DNA of 64,000 bases from Styela clava (lineage: Eukaryota), in assembly GCF_964204865.1 (NCBI RefSeq), contig NC_135262.1, positions 11,904,001 to 11,968,000 on the forward strand, written 5' to 3'. Below are positions 26,201 through 38,043 of this stretch, piece by piece (position 1 is the stretch's first letter; every line of letters starts with the position of its first letter). The notes below the pieces were generated by a model. That model ran no database searches. It was not told where the DNA came from and worked only from the letters and a program-made list of their open reading frames with translations. Made by a program: the position numbers and the translations under genes.

Positions 26201-28738
26201 TTATTTTATTGATCGAATTTGTTACTTTGGGACTTTTCAAAAAATATGACACAATTTATTTTCATCACGAAGGAGAAAAAAATCATCTGAAAATGAAATA
26301 AGACACTTTTAAAAATTTTGGTCAAAACCAGAAAATCTGAACCAAACTCAAATTTTTACGTAAGAAATAATCCCATTTTTCAGAGGATGAAATAATCTTT
26401 AAACTCTTGTAAAAGTTCAGCGAAACTACCGGTTTAACTAGAATAAAAATAAATGTTGAGCCCACGCGCTCAGTGCGTGATTGGTATGATTTTATTCAAA
26501 AGCAACGAATTCACGGATTTCAATTTGCGTGGACCTGATGATTAGCAATGTCGTAGACGTTCACATCTTACTTCTTATAGAAGCCGACGGCACCTACTTC
26601 TTCTTTTTTTCTTTCAATCGTCGCCTGTCTCTCACTCAATTGTCATTTATGTTGTAAAGAGCGACGCGAATGTAGTTCGGCGCAGGACTTTTTCTCTTTA
26701 TTGTTAGAGTCAGTGACTTGTTAGTAAGAAATGTATACACTATATTGTTCAAATAAGACAATTATTAAATGGATATTTTGAGGATTTCTCGGCAATGTCA
26801 ATTTATCTCCATTATATTTCATCTGTTTTTCAATCGTTTGTTTTATTATGTGTTACCAGGTTCTAGTATTCGTTTTTATGAAAACTATCAATAACAAATA
26901 ACTAATTTGGAATGCATATTGTTTGAACATGTGCAGCAATATTTTATATTTTTGTGACTGTTATTCATAAAATTTTCAGCTTGAGATATCAGTTAATGAC
27001 TTTAGAAGTCTAGTCGATTAGAAATACATATACAACGTTTAGCATTTTATGATCATCTATTTGTAATTTAATGATATGGGATAAGAATTGGAAAGTGCAT
27101 GATGTCTCGGCATGTAAGATTGTAAAACTATATAACTCTACATTCGCTAATTCCGCGTTACCTTAGGTAGTTGTTATTTAGCAGTAGCAAGGTGCCACAT
27201 GCAATATTCCGTACAGAATGAGAGTTGCATGTTTTAATATCCTACAGTGTTTATTGTTGGCAGGCGTAGGGACCAGTAATATATATAAATATTTATATAA
27301 ATATCAAAAATACTGCTTGTTTGGAAAAGAATCTCCAATCATATAAGTTACGTACCAAATATTAGTTACTATGAATTGGTTATTATTTTCTGAAACGCGT
27401 TTAAATGTTTCAAACAAACAATCTGTTCCATTCATGCATTGCTTAAGATCAGATGATATTGCAAGAAACTCTATATGTCTGTGCAATAATAAACATCGAG
27501 TATTAAAGCAAATATCATTGCCTTCGGCTGTGGATTTAATACTGATTCCAGATAAGCCGTGTTTGACATATAAAGCATTCATTCCACATTACGTTTAGAC
27601 AGCAATGTTCCATTTCGTATTCAGTCACAGATTTAAAACAAAAGATAACATGTGTAATATTGTTCTTATTGAATCGCATAGAGTGGATTAGATTGTCTTA
27701 TTGAAATGTATTGAAAAATACGTTACGATTAGAACTCCAGAGCAGTAACAATATTTTATCAGATACCAACTTCAAGATAGATAATTAATTTTTATTTTTC
27801 CGCAACGGGTACAAATAGTTTGGAAAAAATCTGATGTGATGACATAGACAACTGATTTTCAATTTTCCTAACAAAGTTATTTGAGTATTATTATAGGAGA
27901 AGTGAATTTATGCATCACTCAAAAGTTAAATTCCCCCCATTTATGAAGGTTATACTTTGCATGTTATTTATTTCCTATATAATCGGATTTTTATTACCTG
28001 AATTTCGCTGGTATGAAAACCTAACGCGGGAAATTTCTTTATATCATTTAAAATGAACTCGAGTTGACATGGAAATATTGAGTTCATCTTGCAAACATTG
28101 AATATATTTTGTTGTTGAAATGCTGTTATGAATTTCCATTTTATAATTGACGTACTAGTATGAGAAATATATCGATATTTTTGCCGACGATCACTCTCTT
28201 ACAAAAGTGTAGTTCAAAACTTTTCTAAATTATTCTAGTTCATGCACCGATAACTTATAAATGTAATCCTTATAACATTTATGCAAATCCCAAATTTGAA
28301 CGGGACAAAATCCATAGTATTGATGTTGTATAGATCAATGAAGCTTTTAATTTTCCAATTAAAAGCCTAGCTTCGTTTGACGTTTACATCGACTTTTGCA
28401 AGCTCCTCATTAATAGCTATATCGACTTTTACATTTTACAGAATATAATCTGCGAAAGACTGTGAAGAACAGTCGCAATCAATATACAAGTCACGTATTT
28501 AAGTACACTGAAGCTCAATAAAGCCTGCTTGTACTACGACGACTGGAGATTTGAGAAATTACTGCTCAGAAATTTACTTTGGATCTACATGAATAATAAA
28601 CTAAAGAATATTTTTACAACGCACCGTTTGAGATTGAATATATGTTGTTGGTATTGAAACAGAATTTCAAAATTGTTCTGAAACATTGAACAATTTGAAA
28701 TTGGTAATAGTATACACCTAGTGTTTAGCTGATTTGAG

Positions 28739-31295
28739 ATGAAACCACCAAAATCTATTCGAAACATTGTTAATACTTTACTTGGGAAAAAGAGTAAATC
28801 AACAACAAATGCATCTGAGTCACCGCACAATGATTTGTCATCAGCTGTGCTAGACAAAAGCGGAAGACATCACAGAAGTGCGGACGATCTTTTAGATGAA
28901 ATATCAATCAACTCTAACTCAAATCGGCATTCAATTGTGTCCCACGGTGGAAGGTCAAAAAGCTTACCTCGTAGATCTCAGTCTTGTTTAAGCGTACGGC
29001 CTTCAATTTCCCGACAGTCAGAATCGATTTATGGTAGACATGTTGTCAGTGGTCTCGATGAAACAGCTCCAAGCAATATTATATCAGAAAGATCGGGCTC
29101 ACGTAAAAATGTCAACTACAGGACGCGTTCAGTTTCAAGTCTTCCAAGGCCCTCGTCAAGTCATTCTAGAATCAACTTTTCAAGAAACTCAAAAACAGGC
29201 CAAGACTATCGATTTGAAGAGAGAGATGAAGGATTTGAAGATTTAATGCCACGAACAACGTCTTGGAGTCATCCTTCTGCAGAAAGCGATAGATCTTATT
29301 CCTTCAATTTTCACGAGGGATCACGTGATTCGAAAGATTATCATAGACGTTCTCGAACTGATTCTGTTGGATCTCATGTTTGGACACAAGGAGGGAAGCG
29401 CAATAGCTCAGCAGGGAATAAAGGTATATTTTCCTCCCATGAAAATTTGGTCAGTGATGGCAACCCAATCTCGCGTCTCAGTTCATCTACCTCTTCACGA
29501 GGAACTTTGAAGAATAGTGATGCTACTCAAGAAAAATTAAGGACTTGTTTACAAGTTTTAGATAGGTTGTCTGCGCAAGTAAAGGAGATTAAAGACGTAT
29601 CAAATAGAGTCAACTATGTGGATAATAAAGTAAAAAATGGACAAATGCAGCGGTATGAGAGAGAGGTGAGGCGATTTTGTTTGCTATTTTTGTATTTGAA
29701 TAACAAACACATTTTTACCTGAGTTTTTTTTTTAATATATTGAATTTCTCATCCAAATTGAATCATATTTTGGTACATGTTTACAAACGAAAAGTATAAA
29801 TGAATGTAGAAAAAACAGTAGGTCTATTTTGCAATTTATTATTTAATTTTAACTCCGACTTTTTTGGTATACCACCCATTTTAATCTTGTATTCGTGTGT
29901 TCTTTTCAGCGTCGGATCAGAGAATTGGACATAGCAGAAGCAGCTTCTCGACGCCTCAAGAGCCTTTTAAAATCAGAATCGAACGAAATTCCGTCAACTC
30001 GTCTAAGCAGCCGCAGCAGTGGATACGACAGTGAAAACAGTAGTAACAGCAGTCGGCTGAGTAGTACTTCTCCGGATCAGGAAGGATTCAGATCAACCAG
30101 GCCGGAGAACAAAAGACCTGGAGATAGTAGGAGAAATGGCCCCAAAACAAATCACCATCTATCTCAACCTTACCCACAATCGTTATCTGACATGATGCCT
30201 CTGTGGGACGCAAAAGATGAAACTTCCAGATCATGCGAGTTTACGACCAGAAGGATGACTCGTGAAGACAGCATGAGTAGTGGATATGCGACTGGCAGCG
30301 GAAGTGAAGACGGCAAACCCGAGTTAGATAGTATGCAATCGGGTTACACAATGCATGGCAACAATCAGTCTTTGCGTTACAATCAGTTACCAATGCAAAA
30401 TTGGCATCAACAAAAACAACTGGAGGGTTACGATCAACGGCATTCATCTTATGATCCATACTCCGTGTATGGTACCTACCCGCACCACTCTGTCGGAAAT
30501 GTAACTGGTATCCAAGACGACGTTTACGGCACTTATGGAGAATTATATGGATACGCACCGTCTAGCGTTTACGACCACGAAGTATACAGCAACGGTTGGT
30601 TTCAGATATCAAATACACCTCAGTCTTCTGGTGCCAGTATGTACAATAATCAACATCCAACATCTCAAGGCATGCCTGCTGCAAACGCGTTTGATCAGAA
30701 TTGGTCTCAAATGTCTTACGCAACGCAACCGGTGAGTGCAAAATACGGGGGTCTCTCTCATATATTCTATGATCCTACGGTTCAATCTGAAGTCAGTATC
30801 ATAGAGAGCATTGCGAAGGAAGTTGCCAGCGATTCAAATAAGATGGAATCAGAAGACAGCACATGGAAATCGTATGGATCTTTCAGGTACCGAAATGGAC
30901 AGATGACGGTGACAGCATCGGGAAACACAAACAGAAAAAGGAAAACAGTACGGTTTTCACAAACAGTAAGACAGCGAGTTGAAACGGAAGAAAGCGAAGT
31001 GGAAGATAGTACATCTGTTATCAAAGGTGGAGCGGATGAAACACCAAATGCTGCAAAAAACGGAGACGAATCGCAGGATCTGACAGAAAACTCTGAAATC
31101 TATATGTGGCCAAGACAGCCGCCTGTAAAAATGGAGGAAGTCTGCCAAGAAAATAAAGCCCAACAAAAGACAGTACATGAACCTATATATGAATTTCCAT
31201 CTGGTCACATTGAAAGTTCTTGTATGTGTTCTGATTGTATTTTAGCGAGGGGTAGCTGTCAAATGCAACCGGCTCAAACTGTAGCATATTTCTGA
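28739..31295 (+). CDS. Uncharacterised 770-aa Ser/Arg/Tyr-rich, largely disordered protein with a central coiled-coil
   Basis: Two long ORFs join in phase 0: 28739-29665 (GAG|GTGAGG) and 29910-31295 (tcttttcag|CGT), 309+461 aa. ORFs this long are improbable by chance in AT-rich DNA. A heptad-like segment QEKLRTCLQVLDRLSAQVKEIK..RRIRELDIAEAASRRLKSLL spans the junction. No globular domain recognised. Confidence 0.85.
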
Positions 31296-34060
31296 TATTA
31301 GGGTAATTGAAATTAGAAACCAAGGTATTATCAAAGTTTAAATTATTGTAAACCAAAAACTTTTTTATTGCAGAATTTTCTTACAAAATCGAAATGTAAA
31401 TACACATCAGCATGTTTATGCATTTAAATCTTCATGCTAAATATAAATTATAAACCGCGTCAAATCGATAATTTAACTTTGAAAGTTTTATATATTCTTA
31501 TAGAAATGCTTAATTCATTGGGATTCATGAATTTTAGCGCAGGTGGTATACATTATTTTACCAAATAATATAAATGATATAACGCGTCACGTTTAACCCC
31601 CAGACGTTACAGTGACGTCACAAGTTGCCAGGTAATATTCGTTGTGCATACGTTGTTGCGCCATTTGATTTGATTTTGCAGAGCATTTTTTCAAAAGATA
31701 ATTTAGCATCACCTATAAACTAGACCTTGTATGTTTCATACCCAAGCATGAGTTAAAGGTACTTTAGCAAACATGAAGCCGTACATTTTCGCACTTTTCT
31801 GATGATATTATAAACAAACAAATGTTTTTTTGACTATAAGTCTAAAAATTATACATCTCTTGATAATTCGACTTTGCACAATGCTAGATGTCCTCACAGT
31901 GGTAGTAAATTTAGTTCGTTTCTGTTTTGTTTCGTTACGTATAAACCACAAATATGGCATTGCTGTTTATAATTACCGAGCATGGTAGTTGGAAATTGAA
32001 TTTGTATTTCTATCAATTCTAACGGAAACAATAAAATTGTCGTAAACTCACAATGAAGTATTATGACATACACACGGAAACATGCTAGTGTTTTAATTTC
32101 GGGGTTATTCCAGGGTTATTTAATTTATCAGGGTTGTGTATCATTCAATGTGATTGGTAAATAACCATTGTTATGTAACCGAACCAGCTGAGAATAACGA
32201 ACTCAAATGGATTAGGATTCCTGGGTAACACAAATCCACATTGGAAATTTACAAGAGTTATCAAACTGCTCTTTAATCGTCACAGTGGCAACACACGTTT
32301 TATTGTCAGTTTGTGCAGCGTCCTGCTTCGAGTGGCGGTGTTGAAACCTCTTAAAAAATATAAAATAATATAACGTTGTTTGAGCTTAAGTTGAATAAGG
32401 TGTTCTTGACGAATAGTTGTTCTACCGCATCGAGTTGCGCAAATAGCCCCGAGCAGTAAAGTTTGCAGCGTAATAGCGTGAAAAGTGTCGTTAAAAAGAT
32501 AATGTAAAGTAATGGCCTGTAAAGTGACGCTGGAAAAGTTAGAGTTCGATAATCGCACAATTTACAACATTGCTGGTCATATCGTTCATATTCAAGTAAA
32601 TTCATAAAAGGTGTTCTGAACAAAATATTACCGTGTAATAAAGACAATTTATTATCAATGGTTATTACTGTTATCATCAAATAGCACCATTAGCACCGAA
32701 AAACGTATAAATTATTTGTTGACGATGGGGACCTCTTGTGGGCAAACTTGTGGGACGCATACGGCGCGCGACGAAGGGTTGAGAGGCCCGCGAAAGCCTC
32801 AATCAAATGCTTATGAAAACAGAATAAAACTCGGTAAAATCTAACGACTGCAATTTTGTAAAGATTGGTATTTTGACTAGATTTGGACCAATAGTATTTA
32901 TAACTCTTCCATATTCCGCCAAACATGTTGACAGGCTCATAAGTTAGAATAGAACTGAATTGAATAGAACTTTAGAAAGTTCTAAATATCTTCACTTAAC
33001 TAATTAAACAAATCTTTTAAAATTGTACCAAAATCACTTTTTCTGAGATACTTATAGGCTATATGCTATATGTACTGATCAAGTTTCGCTATTAAATGTA
33101 GCAATATCTCGGAGTACACCGGTTTTATTTTGAACCATAGAATTTTTAGCACGTGCTTTCCAATCATGGTATCAGGGGCCGTAATCCAACCGCAACTTAA
33201 TAATAAAACATTCCAAAAAAATGAAGTCGCGAGTCGTTTCAACAAGTCTAGGTCTTGTACATAGTGTGGTAAGAGTGCCTATCTCTGCTTACTCACTAAC
33301 TTGCCAATACGACAAAAATTCTGCATGGAAAAATTTTCTCGGGGGCTAGCATCAAGAAATGACCATATCAGCTCGTGACCACTAGCTTTATAGCAAACTG
33401 CAAATATTGGTGCCCTCGATATTAGTTTGGCGCGACTGCAATTAAGGATACGGCTTATTATTAGCAGGACAAGCACCCAGGCAATATTGTATTCTTAAAT
33501 CTAAACCTTGCTTATTGCACAGATATGAATTTTTGCGGAAATTTCCCTAAGCCGGGTTATCCGGTCTAATCTATGCATACTGGCTTACCAGAAAGCATGG
33601 TGTCCGCCTGAATTAGTTCGACAGCATATCGAGAGATAGTGATATCCAGTAGCAAATGCCTGATACCATGGCCTGGAAATTGTTTGGGAGTATCAATATT
33701 TGCCACCACAAAGGTGTTTTAGTTCAAATTTTTTGAACAACGATGACTATAACCAAGTCAGCAAGCTCAATCACTATGGTTTGTTTATGCTTACCTATGT
33801 TCAGTTGCAGGAGAAATAAAAGTGGCTTGACAATCAATTGTGAGAGTACAGTTGCAGAACAAATACCATTGACCTGACCATTAGTAGTAAGTAGCAATCT
33901 TAGCAGGGATTTCACGAACACGATGACTGAAACCAGCATGCAGGCTCAGCTCACAAATTCGTTTGCGTAGCAGATGACACAAACAGGTGGCGCTACTTAC
34001 TATCATAACAGTAGTGAGGATAAACTTTCGGATCGAAATTAAAATGTACATCCCCTAGGT

Positions 34061-34333
34061 CAGGGGTTCTCAACCTGGGGTTCGCGAACCCTGAGGGGTT
34101 CACGCGAAGATTTCTAGGGGTATTTGGATGACAGTCGATTTTTTGTATGTTGCTGTTTTTTAATATCCTTTATTACTACCATGGAAAAATGCGTATCCAT
34201 TGAAACTAGACGCCAATGGAGACGTAGATTATCCCTCATCTTGCGTTGTTGTGATTATGACGCAACAATGTGAAATTCAAGGCTTTGCGTACAAACTGTG
34301 AAATTTGACAGAAAAAAAGGTTGAGAACCCCTG
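34061..34333. mobile_element. hAT (Charlie-like) MITE, 273 bp
   Basis: Perfect 16-bp TIR CAGGGGTTCTCAACCT / AGGTTGAGAACCCCTG. TSD CCCTAGGT (34053-34060) vs CGCTAGGT (34334-34341), 7/8 identical with the central CTAG typical of Charlie elements. Confidence 0.9.
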
Positions 34334-34596
34334 CGCTAGGTGCTGAGTTATACCTAAGCCTTAAATCAAGTCATAAAGATCATGTATCAAAAAACCGCAA
34401 TATTTGCGGTAATTTTATTGTATTGTCTAGTGCAGAATAAGATGAGAATCAAGGATCGAGGAGGATCAATAGCTATAGAGGACTTGCACGGGTCACGTGA
34501 CCTTGTTTACTGGACGGCAATAAAACAAAAACGTCCATTTGGCTCCTGTCAGTTGCAAGTCGGATCATACGTTTCCGTTTTGTTTGGCTGTTGAAA

Positions 34597-36132
34597 ATGG
34601 TTATTTCATATTGTTCCGCTGGCTGTACGTATAGTATAGACAACGAAATAGATCTTCAGTTATATTCCACTGTTTTCAAAAGATCCGGAACGTCGCGCAA
34701 TGTGGATATCATCCATTGGCAGGACTGCTATGTGTCAAGTCCAGAAGCCATCTCACTTGTGTTTCACTGTTTGCGGACACCACTTCGTTGATGGTGAGTC
34801 ATGATGTGCTGTTATCAATTTTTTTTAAATATTCATAAGCTTCCTCATTTCAATGGAAAGCAGATGACAGACTACTCTTATTGGTAGGCCTACTTGCAGA
34901 CTTGACTCGTGTAAGGTATTAATCAATAATTGCCATAAGGTATTGTTTCGCTAGTTATCAGGTAATCTATTAGTAAGTGTGAAAAGTTGAATAGATAAAT
35001 AAAGTTTGAATTCTCCATCTAAGAATACGCTCGCCACCGCATGTCTGATCCCCCTGGTAGTTTCACAGGTTTCAATCCCATGCGGAATAGTTATGTGCGA
35101 GGGGATTGCAGCTCTCCTCCTACTGAGGGTGGTTCACACGACCGCTGGTCGATTACGACATCCCCCACCATCAAGTCCATGCTTCTAAAACAAATAACTG
35201 GCTAACTAATCCCGACATAGAATGGTAATCGTACGATGTTGCACTTTGCAATCTGTCCCCAACCACAGATAAATTCTATTCTGAAAACTACCCACATTGG
35301 TAGGCATAGTTGCGTTTTAAATTGAAAGCAATCTTCATTAATGGTCAGAAGGTGTTGTCTGATTGTTTTATTAGTTAGCAGGTAATTTATTACTGATCTG
35401 AAACACAAACTTGGCACTGTCAAATGATGATTAGTGTTTAATTTATTTTCAGGAAAAAGGGAAGATAACCCATTATCAGTTGCTTATATGTCCCATCGAT
35501 ATTTGAATTTTCGCCATCTCCAGAGAGGAAGAGAATAGTTAGAAAAAGGGGGATTTTAAAGAAAGGCAAAAGGCAGGACCATTTCAACAAATTCTGTTAA
35601 CTTGTATGCGTTGCAATATTACTTTGCAGTTGTTAGCATAAACATTTAATGTGTCTTTCGACTAGACCTACCACACGTTAAAAGAAGCCGCCTACACCCC
35701 TTTTCACTAGAACCATAATACTGTAAAATATTTGATAGAAATTACCCCCGAGGCATCCTATCTTCCATTTGAAAGAGCTGTGGAGGCAGATACATTTTTT
35801 ACTCTAAATTATGGAATGATACTTCCAGGTTATCTTATCCTTGCTTATAGATATCTTGAGGTCAGTGACTCCAACTGACCCATGCATGCCACACTGAAAA
35901 TTCTCTTGTGTACCGATAAAATTAGGCTGTTGGAGCCTTCAGACCTTGAAAACAGTCGAATCTGAGCACGATGGATTCATGTGAAACACGTAATATGCAT
36001 TTATAGGCAAAAATATCCCATCCTGAGCAGCACCGATCCACAACCTCCTGCCTATGGAATCAAAACATTAGACAAATTGGTGTATTGTGCGCATTCACAA
36101 ATCTTTGCGAATCAAGTGTGCCTTTTGACTAA
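34597..36132 (+). pseudogene. THAP-DDE transposase relic of the ISL2EU-type element
   Basis: Exon 34597-34793, with frameshifts: MVISYCSAGCT..FSYIP..KDPERRAMWISSIGR..VCGHHFVDG (C2CH THAP), donor G|GTGAGT. Acceptor at 35452, then GKREDNPLSVAY/VPSIF. From ~35630 to 36132: NHNTVKYLIEITPE..CGGR..LPGYLILAYR..LKI..DLENSR..IHVKHVICIYRQKYPIL..LDKLV..CAFTNLCESSVPFD*. Multiple stops and a large internal deletion. Confidence 0.8.
35020..35230 (+). mobile_element. 5'-truncated tRNA-derived SINE fragment inside the transposase intron
   Basis: GC-richer block with a degenerate Pol III B-box (GGTTTCAATCCC, ~35068-35079). A deleted inverted copy lies at ~36643-36770. It resembles an ascidian SINE from memory (not searched). 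Boundaries approximate. Confidence 0.55.
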
Positions 36133-36404
36133 AGAAAATTTAGCATTGAAATGGTCAATCTCAATATCAACCTAGTATCTGCAGATAAAACCAATTGTTT
36201 TTTAAAAATACATTTTTGATGTGCTTTATTTTTCAAATATAATTTATAATTACTGTAAAGTGTGTGATACATTCGGTACCATGAATACCATTTGCAAATT
36301 AGCTTGGGTTACACCCCTCTTAAATAAAAGTTTAGACTCTTAAGTCATATCTCATAATATTCTTTAAACAAAAGGTTGCGGCTAGCCGGCTATCCATCAG
36401 AATT

Positions 36405-36620
36405 TTCTTTCAGATCACAAAGTCACAATATTACGCCTCGCTAAGTTGCATTGGCAACTGTATCTGGTTGTAGTATCGGTGTCCAACTTTAGACTGAAAC
36501 CTTCACTACCAGATCCATCGAAACAATTTTTTTATGATAGGGTCGTCTTGAAGTTGCTTTCGTTAAAGCACCATGGACACTTTATCTACACCAATCCACA
36601 GTAATCACAAGTTACTTTGT
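36405..36620 (-). pseudogene. YqaJ / lambda-exonuclease-like ORF relic (second gene of ISL2EU elements)
   Basis: Minus-strand translation with stops and a frameshift: KVTCDYCGLV*IKCPW..LKLD/HRYYNQIQLPMQLSEA*YCDFVI*. This matches the YqaJ pattern CxCC..EIKCP..HxYYxQxQxQM..YCDFVVW. Confidence 0.75.
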
Positions 36621-38043
36621 CATTACGATAAGAATCAATAAATGGGGGGGGGGGATGGTCGTAACCGATCAGCGGTCATGTGAACCACCCTCGGTGGGAG
36701 TAGAGCTGCAATGAAACTACCAGGGTGATCAGAGATGCGGTGGCGAGCGTATTCCTAGATGGCGAATTCAATTGAATTCTGGTTATTTTTTCCAGGCCCC
36801 ATGGTGTTAAACTTTAGTTATCTATTCCAGCTTTCACACTCAGTAATAGATTACCTGCTAATTAGGGAAACAATACCTTATAGCAATTGATTATTAATTC
36901 CTTACTGTCTTACACAAGTCAAGTCTGCAACTGCAAGTAGGCCCACGCCTAGGCCTTCTAATAACAGTGGTTTGTCATCTGCTTTCCATTGAAATGAGGG
37001 AGCTTGTGAATATTTAAAGAAACTGATAACGGCACACTATCACCAACCACATTATCACTCACCATCAACGAAGTGCTGTCCGCAAACAGTGAAACACAAG
37101 TGAGATGGTTTCTGGACTTCCATATTGCGCGACGTTCCGGATCTTTTGTAATCAGTGGAATAAAACTTAAGATCCATTTCGTTGTCTATACTCTATACTA
37201 TACGTACAGCCAAACAAAACGGAAACGTATAATCCGACTTGCCACTGACAGGAGCCAAATGAACGTTTTTGATTTATTGCCGTCCAGTAACAAAGTCATG
37301 TGACCCGTGCAAGTACTCTATACCCTATGTAGCTGGCAACGCATCGTGATTCGCACTATCACTTGCTATAATGCCAGACCTAAACTACGCAATGTACAGG
37401 ATCCATAAAAACGACGTACAAACAGTTGTGAATGCTTAATGCGATATCTAGAACATTGAAGGTTTTAATCGATTAAAACTTCCTGATTTGCTAATTTCAA
37501 CTTTTATATGTCTATCTTCAAAATAAAAGTGGTAAAATGGAATGATGAACATTTGAATCATGTTCGCTAGAATAATATACTATTATATATGTGCAATATC
37601 CCATCTTTGATACCTTCAAAATAAAATTGATTATTTCCCAGAAATGTTGATCAAAATGGGCAAATCTGTTTAAGTATACTTCACCAATAAAATTGAAGAA
37701 AAACACCAAAATCCTATTTCGATCAGAATATAATGAAATTTGGCTAGATATGCCAACATTTTGCAATAAAATTTTATTACTGAAAAAAAAATTTTTACAT
37801 TCTATTTCCCCCTCACTATATATTATATATATATGTATCATCCCTGACAATCAACATTAAAAATCAAAAGCATATAAATATATATATATATATATATTGG
37901 GAAGTGTATTTGCGACCTTGAAATTAGGTGTTATATATAACGTATAATAATTATTTTCAATTTTGCTGTTACTAGATACGCACATATGTAGCTCCATCCA
38001 TAATGTTTCCAGAAAAATTAAACAAGAACATATATATAAGTAG

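Larger units (their letters stand above)
34477..37319 (+). mobile_element. Decayed ISL2EU-type (PHIS superfamily) DNA transposon with ~680-bp inverted arms
   Basis: Termini AGAGGACTTGCACGGGTCAC.. / ..GTGACCCGTGCAAGTACTCT, flanked by AT on both sides. Internal relics of a THAP domain, a DDE transposase and a convergent YqaJ exonuclease. Segment ~34477-35170 is repeated in inverted orientation at ~36643-37319. Confidence 0.8.

Noticed and set aside
28585-31208. Several antisense and alternative-frame ORFs of 60-105 aa
   Set aside because: Shadows of the 770-aa coding sequence; no independent splice or motif support.
33170-33720. Minus-strand YLCNKQ..QYCLGACPA resembling a LINE ORF2 C-terminal zinc knuckle
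   Set aside because: Too degenerate, interrupted by stops, and no RT motifs upstream; needs a BLASTX or HMM search.
35060-35085. tRNA-like B-box (also at ~55051)
   Set aside because: No cloverleaf or A-box at the right spacing; better explained as a SINE remnant or chance.
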